Assembly (NCBI GenBank): GCA_038213615.1
Contig: JBBQSV010000002.1
Span: 1-53,979 of the forward strand
DNA: 53,979 nt
From: Candidatus Saccharimonadales bacterium
GTDB taxonomy: Bacteria; Patescibacteriota; Saccharimonadia; Saccharimonadales; OMJO01
Reading direction: 5' to 3'
Shown: one piece after another, positions 1 to 7,184 of the stretch
How the letters are laid out: each line of letters opens with the position of its first letter
How positions within the stretch are numbered: the stretch's first letter is position 1
Made by a program: the position numbers and the translations under genes
The notes under the pieces: generated by a model
The model's input: the letters and a program-made list of their open reading frames with translations, nothing else
Databases searched by the model: none
What the model was told of the DNA's origin: nothing

Positions 1-93
1 TCGGCCGAAATTGTATATTAACAACCGGCGTCATCTATGAAGCAAATAAAAACAGCTCCTCGTGCGGGAGCCACTGAACTTTCGTGGATGTTA

Positions 94-611
94 CACAGAC
101 AGGACGATTTTGCTCGGTGGGAGCGAGGGTTGGTCCGACCGCGAGGGCGGAGAAAGGCAGCAGCCGAACCAACCAAACAACGCTCTAACGATGCAACATG
201 TCGCCCCCTCTGGGTTTTCTCTCCCAGAGAGCATGTTTCTCGCCTCCCGGACCGACCCTGCTACCGTGCGGCGGCGGCGGGTGATCACAAGACCTAAACA
301 GTTTTTGTACCCATAACCGGTGCGACGGGGGCTATTGGCTCCGACATCGCCGCACCGGCACAGGTGTTCATTTGCTGCCTTACTCATCTGACATCTTGAT
401 CGTCAAATGAGTATAGCCGGAGGCACGGTCACCACCTTTCCGTGGTTTCTGATGTGTTGCTCTTGCACCATTTTCGAGGATTACCGCGATCATCCATGAT
501 CGCCCTCTACCCGGGTTGGGGTCCCAATATCACTCGTTGAGTGAAGTACGCCGCCAGCTAGTTAAACTAACGCTGTACTTCACTCAACAACTCTCTATCG
601 TCCTGTCTGTG
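94..611 (+). ncRNA. Candidate large structured non-coding RNA (unclassified), GC-rich
   Basis: A perfect 15-nt long-range complement, cacagacaggacgat (94-108) with atcgtcctgtctgtg (597-611), encloses nested helices. 127-137 pairs with 248-258 through one G-U wobble that works only on the + strand, and this helix continues as 143-155/236-246. Further hairpins: 195-237, 317-358, 382-412 and a 14-bp stem at 536-549/575-588. The three overlapping ORFs here look non-protein-like. Confidence 0.3.
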
Positions 612-770
612 CTGTTAATGTGGAGCATGAACGCTCCGCTAACTGGCCCGGAGTAAACTCGACAGGCTAGCCTCGCTAATAATATAGCCCCCAGGGCAAA
701 CGAAATCAACATTCCCCACAAATGGTCCGATCGGACAATAATGGGGGATTTTGGATAGGCATTGTTGATG

Positions 771-800
771 TAACAAAAAGCTCAGCCGCTGGGCTGAGCT
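771..800 (-). terminator. Rho-independent terminator downstream of CDS 917-1630
   Basis: 9-bp stem agctcagcc/ggctgagct (779-787/792-800), followed on the minus strand by TTTTTGTT. Confidence 0.55.
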
Positions 801-916
801 TGCAAAATACATAGGTGTTACGTCGAGATTACAGGGTGCGAAGATAAATTAAACCAAGCAATAAAAGCATCGCTTGATCAAATTTAATACAGATTATACC
901 CTGTTATTAGAATTAT

Positions 917-1630
917 TCAAGCACTGTGTAGCTTGGTAGGTTTGTCAGAGATCTCCACTTGTACCTGCTGAGTAACCAATCTGTAGCCATAAAGTATAAA
1001 AGATAGGATGTCCAGGCTAGGATCCACGTCATCGCCCAAAGGTGGGCCCTCTGTCAGCCAATCATAGACCGGTAGTGGCTCTTCATCAATAACCTCCCTA
1101 CCATCAATCACATCATATTCGTAAACACGGCCGCCCCTAATAATGTACCTTTGCTCTTCGCCACTAGTCCGATTCAACCTTATTCGAACATCGTTGCTGG
1201 GTTCTAGAAATTCAAAACTAGTATCTGGATCACCGTCTACAGCTAGTTTGGTTACGACCTGAACATAGAAAGCAACGGACTCAATGTCGCCAACCCTGGA
1301 CTCGGGATCGTTACCCCTAGGTATTAGCTCTATGTAATCATGGTCCACAGGAACCTCGGGTGTTGGTGGAGAACTTCTACGATGGAGCAGAGGGAGTTGC
1401 GGACGATGACGGTTAAGGCCGGTGGCTTCTTCTAGGTCTTCTATGCCAATGGCCGACTCTGGGTCACTTTGGCTACCACTTTCTTGTCTGGCATCCTTGT
1501 CCCTAGCCTCGCCAAACCGCAAAGTTAAACCATCTACAAAAGTAGTCAGGCTTTCAAATGCTGCAGATCTGGTTGTGGGCTCCACCTCTGGTAACCCCTC
1601 AGGTTGTAGACATGTCATAAACAATTGCAT
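917..1630 (-). CDS. Hypothetical protein (acidic, no recognised domain)
   Basis: 237-aa ORF with a terminator downstream. A TATAAT-like box overlaps the first ATG, so the true start may be the second Met at 1618 (leaderless). Confidence 0.6.
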   Translation of the reverse strand: MQLFMTCLQPEGLPEVEPTTRSAAFESLTTFVDGLTLRFGEARDKDARQESGSQSDPESAIGIEDLEEATGLNRHRPQLPLLHRRSSPPTPEVPVDHDYIELIPRGNDPESRVGDIESVAFYVQVVTKLAVDGDPDTSFEFLEPSNDVRIRLNRTSGEEQRYIIRGGRVYEYDVIDGREVIDEEPLPVYDWLTEGPPLGDDVDPSLDILSFILYGYRLVTQQVQVEISDKPTKLHSA

Positions 1631-1724
1631 TATATAATCTTCAGGCTACTTTTTCAAGTTGACATTATTGTGCTTTATGATTAAGCTTCTGTGGTCCCAG
1701 CCAACCAGTGGAAGGATACAACAC

Positions 1725-2087
1725 ATGAGCGTTCGCGCGCATGGCAAGGTCTCGGACATCCCCAGGATGGGAAGAACCGAGTTGCACGGCAAGGACCCCA
1801 AGGCATCGAACACCCTGGTGTACGGATGCTCGCAGGCCCTCACCGAGGAGACCAAGGCAGAAATCGCCAAGGTCGCCAACGGCATCGATGGCATCAAGAG
1901 GCTCGCGTTCGGCCCATCGTCAGCACCAGGCCAGTTCACACTAACCTGTGGCAAGGGCTTTGAGCCGGCGAACGTGCACTCGCGTTTTATCGGAGGTCTC
2001 CGAGCTGCAATGAACCGCATCGACCAGAGCAAGGCGGATCTCACCCGTGCCGCGATGGCCGTGCACTCGAGTAACAACGACCACTAG
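1725..2087 (+). CDS. Hypothetical small protein with high-GC codon usage (probable foreign origin)
   Basis: GGAAGGA lies 8 nt upstream of the ATG at 1725. About three quarters of codons end in G/C by hand count, unlike the neighbouring genes. A long GC-rich hairpin terminator follows. Confidence 0.55.
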   Translation: MSVRAHGKVSDIPRMGRTELHGKDPKASNTLVYGCSQALTEETKAEIAKVANGIDGIKRLAFGPSSAPGQFTLTCGKGFEPANVHSRFIGGLRAAMNRIDQSKADLTRAAMAVHSSNNDH

Positions 2088-2097
2088 GTGACCGGAC

Positions 2098-2160
2098 CCC
2101 GAGCGGTGGCTCACACGAACTCACGTGATTCGTGATGAGCACCGCTCGGGTGTCGGGTTT
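2098..2160 (+). terminator. Long GC-rich hairpin terminator
   Basis: cccgagcggtg(g)ctca (2098-2113) pairs with tgagcaccgctcggg (2136-2150), with an inner cacgaa/ttcgtg stem. It is followed by tgtcgggtttggttt. Confidence 0.55.
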
Positions 2161-2288
2161 GGTTTGACGGAAAGTCGATTTTGCCAGCAGCCGCTGACAC
2201 AACGACAACCCTCACCAAGCCCGACAAACACCCACCCCATTAGAAATTACAAAAGACTCCCCATTGAGGAGCCTTTTTTATTAGCAAA

Positions 2289-2397
2289 TCCCGTGGTGAG
2301 CCCCGTAGTAGATCTTTGAGTCACTTTGCCCGTGGCAAAGTAATTACTTACCGAAGGTAAATAATCTCAAAGGCTCACTACTGGGTCTACCACGGGG
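2289..2397 (+). repeat. Structured intergenic repeat, copy 1 (three-way-junction element)
   Basis: The core ccccgtagtagatctttgag...ctttgc-loop-gcaaag...ttacc-loop-ggtaa...ctcaaaggctcactactggg recurs at 8427-8510 and, inverted, at 19794-19877. This copy has an extra outer stem cccgtggt/accacggg. Confidence 0.8.
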
Positions 2398-2483
2398 AAA
2401 CAAAAACCAGCCGGATTAACGACTGGCTGTAAAATTTAGATTTTTAGTCCAGGTCGACTCGTAGCTTCTGTATAATAATAAAG

Positions 2484-3425
2484 ATGCTTATGGCTAAATC
2501 TCCAGTCGCCCTACTGGGCGTTCCGCTAGACCTAGGCGCCCAAAACTTGGGCGTAGAACAAGGCCCGGCCGCCTTTCGGGCCCAGCAAATTATCGACAAA
2601 CTAACCAGTGTAGGGCTAGAGGTAGTCGACGGTGGTGATGTAGAGGTCAAACCTCGCAAAGATCTAAAAGTCGGCGACCCCAAGGCCAAATATCTAGCAG
2701 AGATTGTGCGGGTCAGCCAAGAGGTCTGTAGTCGTAGTGCCCAGGCACTGAATAGCCACCAGCGGGTACTGGCACTGGGCGGTGACCACTCTGCTCAGCT
2801 GGGTGCTTTTGCCGGCGCCGCCCAGGTGTTCAATCAGAACATTGGCCTAATTTATCTAGACGCCCACGGCGATATGAACACCCCCCAAACATCCCAGACT
2901 GGTAACATCCACGGCATGCATCTGGCCGCCCTAATGGGCTTTGGCCCAGACGAACTAGTCCACGTAGGGTCGGCTGGTCCACTGCTAAACACAGACCACT
3001 TGCTACACGTTGGCGGCAAAGACATGGACCCCGGGGAACTTGAATTAATCGAACGTGAAAATATTGCTAACTTTTCGATGTTTGATCTAATGACCAGGGG
3101 ATTAGGGCCACTGCTACCCATGATTGATCAGCTCAAATCCAAAGTTACAAATGTGTGGGTCAGCCTGGACCTAGACTGCATAGACATGGTCTACGCCCCG
3201 GGTGCGGCCATGCCTAACCGTGGCGGGCTAACCTACCGCGAAATCAGCACTATTTGCGGTTACATCGGCCAACATCTAAATGTAGTGGGGTTGGATGTGG
3301 TAGAACTAAACCCATCGCAGGACGAAGCCGGCAAAACCGCCGAACTTGGCATAGAGCTAGCCGCCAAATTGCTAGGTAGTGACTATAGTTGGTACACCAA
3401 CTATCTGGCCGATCACGCCCGCTAA
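2484..3425 (+). CDS. Arginase/ureohydrolase family protein
   Basis: Mn-binding motifs GGDHS, DAHGD and SLDLDCID, plus the arginase-like GNIHGMHLA. Confidence 0.8.
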   Translation: MLMAKSPVALLGVPLDLGAQNLGVEQGPAAFRAQQIIDKLTSVGLEVVDGGDVEVKPRKDLKVGDPKAKYLAEIVRVSQEVCSRSAQALNSHQRVLALGGDHSAQLGAFAGAAQVFNQNIGLIYLDAHGDMNTPQTSQTGNIHGMHLAALMGFGPDELVHVGSAGPLLNTDHLLHVGGKDMDPGELELIERENIANFSMFDLMTRGLGPLLPMIDQLKSKVTNVWVSLDLDCIDMVYAPGAAMPNRGGLTYREISTICGYIGQHLNVVGLDVVELNPSQDEAGKTAELGIELAAKLLGSDYSWYTNYLADHAR

Positions 3426-4792
3426 CGCTGGCCTAGACGTTTTTTTATAGCCGCCCTAGCCACTGGCACTTCGTCATAATCACGTTTGACCACCCGTTGG
3501 GAGTCATCATCACTCTGTGGCAAATGTCGCAGTTCGGCGGCTTTTGGCCCCGGACCCAAAATAGACTTTTCGTGGCCCTTGCCAAGCAAAATTACCATGT
3601 CGCCAGGCACAGCTAGGTTGATGGCTTCCTGCACGGCTTCTTCGCGGTCATGGATTAAAAACAGATTCTCGGCCCGCTTCTTGCCAGCCCGCTCTGCCCC
3701 GCTGGCTATTTGATCTAGGATTTCCTGGCCATCAATATCACGATCGTCTTCTTCGGTAGCAATAACGATATCGCAATATTTGCCAGCAATCTCGCCCTGG
3801 GCAGCCCGCTTGGCTTCGTCCCTACGCCCGGCACTGCCAAAAGCGCATATTAATTTGCCCTTTACCAGGGGCTTCAGCTCTTTAAATATCTTTTCAAAGC
3901 TTTCCGGAGTGTGGGCGTAGTCTACAATCACCGCAAAGTCTTGGCCCTCGTCTACCCGCGCCATGCGGCCCTCTACCGATTGCAGGCGATCAATGCCCTG
4001 CTCTATCTGTTCACGGCTCAAGCCCAAAGCGATACCTGCCGACACGGCTGCCAAGCTGTTACTAACGTTAAAACTGCCCGGTAAATGACAATTAATTTTG
4101 AATTTCTGGGTACCAGACACGGCCGTGTAGCTGCTGCCCTGCGGCGTCAGTTTGATATTTTGGGCCACCACATCACCCTTGGCCTGGCCGTAACTGATGC
4201 TATTGCGGATGTCACTGGCAAACAATTCTGCGCTGGGATCTTCTGCATTAATAATTCCCGTCCTCAGACCTTTGGCATTTTTATCACACAGTTTGAACAG
4301 CTGGCGCTTAGCATCACGATAATTTTGGAACGTTTTGTGATAATCCAGGTGCTCATGACTGACATTGGTCATCACTGCCAAATGATACGGCACGCCCCAC
4401 ACCCGGTGCTGAGCCAAGGCATGGCTGGTAGTCTCTAGGACTAACCACTCGGCACCAGCGTGTTTGATCTTTTTTAGCTGCTTTATCAGATCACGCGATC
4501 CTAGGCTAGTTAGCCGGGTGGGGTTGGGCTGTTCGCCCTTGCCATCGCCATAATCGACCGAGATGGTGGTCATCATGGCTACTTTGTAGCCACTGGTGCG
4601 TAGCATTTGGGTTATCAGTGTGGCAGTGCTGGTTTTGCCGTCTGTACCAGTTACGCCGATGATTTTTAGCCCCCGGCCCGGAAACCCATAAGCCGTTTGT
4701 TCCACCATAGCCTCTAACTTATGGCCAGTTGGCTCTATACGGCCAAACACACTGCCTGGCACCACCTTTTTGATAATACTTCTCACACCCAT
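3422..4792 (-). CDS. murE: UDP-N-acetylmuramoyl-L-alanyl-D-glutamate--(2,6-diaminopimelate or L-lysine) ligase
   Basis: Mur ligase P-loop GVTGTDGKTST and the DYAHTPES motif, at MurE-like length (456 aa). Confidence 0.85.
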   Translation of the reverse strand: MGVRSIIKKVVPGSVFGRIEPTGHKLEAMVEQTAYGFPGRGLKIIGVTGTDGKTSTATLITQMLRTSGYKVAMMTTISVDYGDGKGEQPNPTRLTSLGSRDLIKQLKKIKHAGAEWLVLETTSHALAQHRVWGVPYHLAVMTNVSHEHLDYHKTFQNYRDAKRQLFKLCDKNAKGLRTGIINAEDPSAELFASDIRNSISYGQAKGDVVAQNIKLTPQGSSYTAVSGTQKFKINCHLPGSFNVSNSLAAVSAGIALGLSREQIEQGIDRLQSVEGRMARVDEGQDFAVIVDYAHTPESFEKIFKELKPLVKGKLICAFGSAGRRDEAKRAAQGEIAGKYCDIVIATEEDDRDIDGQEILDQIASGAERAGKKRAENLFLIHDREEAVQEAINLAVPGDMVILLGKGHEKSILGPGPKAAELRHLPQSDDDSQRVVKRDYDEVPVARAAIKKRLGQR

Positions 4793-4822
4793 TACCTGAC
4801 ATTATCCCACGTTGTGGAGGTC

Positions 4823-4852
4823 AAAAAAAATCTCGTGGTGTAACCCACGAGA
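4823..4852 (-). terminator. Rho-independent terminator after CDS 4879-5187
   Basis: Stem tctcgtgg/ccacgaga (4831-4838/4845-4852), followed on the minus strand by a run of 8 T (4823-4830). Confidence 0.7.
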
Positions 4853-4878
4853 TCCCCCGATGTAAGACACTCTAGGTC

Positions 4879-5187
4879 TTACATTTCGTTCATTAGTTTC
4901 ATGACTTCGTCCGAGTCATCACTGATTTCTTTGGCCAACTTACTACATTCGTCCTGAGCGATTTCGCCAAGGTTTGGCAACTGCTGTTGCAACCAACTGA
5001 TTCGTTGATCTTCATCGTCGGGCAATTGGTTAAACTCGTCGACTTTGTCACCCAACTCTTCGGCCAGACGCAAACCCAAATGGGTGTTAAAGGCGTCTAG
5101 GAAGTCTTGGTTGACTAGTAGATCTTGCTCACTGACTACGGCTAGACCGCGGTCGATTAGTTGCTTGGCTAGTTTATTGTCTTTCAT
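4879..5187 (-). CDS. Small acidic helical protein, hypothetical
   Basis: 102-aa ORF directly downstream of 5225-7045 on the same strand. A terminator follows. Confidence 0.6.
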   Translation of the reverse strand: MKDNKLAKQLIDRGLAVVSEQDLLVNQDFLDAFNTHLGLRLAEELGDKVDEFNQLPDDEDQRISWLQQQLPNLGEIAQDECSKLAKEISDDSDEVMKLMNEM

Positions 5188-5224
5188 GATTTTTGTCCTG
5201 TTTATGTTTTTAGCTTACTACGTT

Positions 5225-7045
5225 TTACTTAGCGGCGTTGACGTAATTTTCAAAATCTTGGGCGGCCATGGCGTTCGCCATGTGGCCCCAGACGTAGCCG
5301 GTATCAGCACGACCATCTACGCTAATCCAGGCAGTTCGGCTAGTTAGCGGGTTGCCATGCCATTGTACATTGGCGCCGTTGGCACGCATGTGGTTTACGG
5401 TCTGTATTAATCTAGTTGAGGCGTGTTCTGGGCCGTATAAGCTAGCGGCTCGATCCCATGGGTAAGCCCCATTTACACCGGCAATTCGGTTGGTTTCGGC
5501 ACTCATACCAGCACGGAACTTAGCAATGTCGGCAGCTCGGTGATCAACACCAGCGTGAGGTACTGCACGAGGTGTTGATGGGCGAGTACCACTAGGGTTT
5601 TTGCTACCGCCTACATGCTTGCCGCCACCGTGGCCACCAAAGAATCCATGAGCGATGTAACCCAGTGCTGCACCAGCAGCTACTGTGCCAGCTCCGGCAA
5701 TAACTGCTCGGCGCATCGATTTCTGGTCTTTAGCAATCCGACTATCAAGCGTATCTGTAACTGATGTGTACATACCGTCGGGGTTCATACTTGTAATCAC
5801 ATCATCCACTTTGCCTCGCATAATAGAATCGTCTTCATCACGGCTGTCTTTTAATCGACGAGACGAGCTTCCTACGAAACCACGAGCGAATCTTATTGCT
5901 ACACTCACACCCGCGCCTACACCCACACCCAGACCGATCGCACCACCAGCTAATCCGGTAACGCCGGCAACTACACCACCAGTGACACCAAGCCCAAGGT
6001 TAATAGCAGTCTTTCTAACCTTACCGCCCTTGTTGTACCAAGCCATGAATTTACCAAACTTAGTACCTTCTAGGATTTCTTGCTGCTTATCAGCAAGTTG
6101 TTTGTGTTCATTAGTCATTTTGGCGTCTATAACGATCTTGGTTTCATCATTAGTCAGCCTAATCCCAGCTTCGCGGAGCTTACCGCAGTAAACTTTCATA
6201 TAACCGGCACAGGCTGCCAAGTATTCTTTCTTAGCCTGGTCGTAATTTTCCTGCGAATCCTGACCCTTAAGACTGAACAATCGACGTCGGCGATGAGCCG
6301 CAGCCGCAGCTAACTTATCCCTAGCTACATCTATAGCCTCGCTAGCGGTTACTAACTCTGGATCATTGTTGTCTAATGTTTTTGGAGCTTCCTCTATAGC
6401 AGCATCGTCTTTGGGAACGATTTCTGCTTTGTCATCTTTTTTGTCGCTAGGTTTTTCTAATTCACCACGTTTGTAGGGCACTACTTCCATGCCAGGAGTA
6501 GGCCCGTTATCCCTCTTGTCTTTGTTGTCACTGCTAAAATCGGCGTGCTTGCGTAGACTTTCTTTTCGCATGTATAAATCATCAATGGCCCTGACTTTGT
6601 CTTCATCACTGGTGTCAGAGTCATTCTCCAGACGTTTCACAATCTCGTCTTGAACATCATTGGCAATGGTCTTATCACCCCCATCATCAGCTTTTGCCCA
6701 ATCCTTAATTAGTTCATTCAGGCTCTTTTGGGCTGATGTTTTACCACGAGTCTCGGCCTCGTGTTCAGTACGACGCTGGTCATGACTAAAGTCGTTCTCG
6801 GCTAGATCATGTTTTTCTACTTTTAATGTATGTCGCGTAGAACCTTCTGTATAAACATCTGGGCGACCACCTAGATAATCGGCAACATCCTGTGCGGTGT
6901 TTTTGTTAACTTCACCGGGCTGGCTACCCAACCACTCATTGTGCAGGCGACCCATCTGTGAATTAACCTCTTCGTTATGGCCAGCATATGCTCGACTCAT
7001 TTCTAGAGGATTGATCTGTGGTTCCTGTGGTAGTTGTTCATTCAT
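5225..7045 (-). CDS. Large hypothetical protein with a charged N-terminal half and two Gly-rich (glycine-zipper-like) hydrophobic segments
   Basis: 606-aa ORF. AAAGGAA lies upstream of the ATG and a promoter sits at 7090-7118. It contains GLGVTGGVVAGVTGLAGGAIGLGVGVGAGV and AGAGTVAAGAALGYIAHGFFGGHGGG. Confidence 0.7.
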   Translation of the reverse strand: MNEQLPQEPQINPLEMSRAYAGHNEEVNSQMGRLHNEWLGSQPGEVNKNTAQDVADYLGGRPDVYTEGSTRHTLKVEKHDLAENDFSHDQRRTEHEAETRGKTSAQKSLNELIKDWAKADDGGDKTIANDVQDEIVKRLENDSDTSDEDKVRAIDDLYMRKESLRKHADFSSDNKDKRDNGPTPGMEVVPYKRGELEKPSDKKDDKAEIVPKDDAAIEEAPKTLDNNDPELVTASEAIDVARDKLAAAAAHRRRRLFSLKGQDSQENYDQAKKEYLAACAGYMKVYCGKLREAGIRLTNDETKIVIDAKMTNEHKQLADKQQEILEGTKFGKFMAWYNKGGKVRKTAINLGLGVTGGVVAGVTGLAGGAIGLGVGVGAGVSVAIRFARGFVGSSSRRLKDSRDEDDSIMRGKVDDVITSMNPDGMYTSVTDTLDSRIAKDQKSMRRAVIAGAGTVAAGAALGYIAHGFFGGHGGGKHVGGSKNPSGTRPSTPRAVPHAGVDHRAADIAKFRAGMSAETNRIAGVNGAYPWDRAASLYGPEHASTRLIQTVNHMRANGANVQWHGNPLTSRTAWISVDGRADTGYVWGHMANAMAAQDFENYVNAAK

Positions 7046-7089
7046 AATTGTTTAGTTCCTTTATTTATTTTATATGTTCTGATAAGCCT

Positions 7090-7118
7090 ATTTTAGCAAA
7101 ACATGAGCACTTTGTCAA
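7090..7118 (-). promoter_or_regulatory. Sigma70-type promoter TTGACA-17-TAAAAT (TGC-extended -10)
   Basis: The minus strand reads ttgacaaagtgctcatgttttgctaaaat. This matches the promoter at 9219-9247 at 24 of 29 positions. Confidence 0.55.
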
Positions 7119-7184
7119 CTATATTGTCACTTGTTTGTGTTTTTAGCAAACTTATAACCCAGCCATAGTGTTATTCTATAAGTA

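Noticed and set aside
37-387. Three overlapping ORFs (37-297 +, 62-316 +, 91-387 -) in the GC-rich first 400 nt.
   Set aside because: All three frames are open because of the high GC. The translations are Arg/Pro/Cys-rich and non-protein-like, and there is no convincing SD. The region is densely base-paired, so I treat it as a candidate RNA rather than as coding.
1-720. Identification of the structured region as RNase P RNA, tmRNA or a group II intron.
   Set aside because: I could not find the P4 signatures (GGAAAGUCC, ACAGAA-CCGGCUUA), a tmRNA tag ORF with a T-arm, or a domain V-like hairpin. An 8-bp GGGGGCTA/TAGCCCCC pairing (327-334/685-692) is within chance expectation.
5685-6313. Plus-strand ORFs 5685-6191 and 6080-6313.
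   Set aside because: They are antisense shadows of CDS 5225-7045. The Pro/Thr/Ser-rich translation mirrors the Gly-rich segment of that gene.
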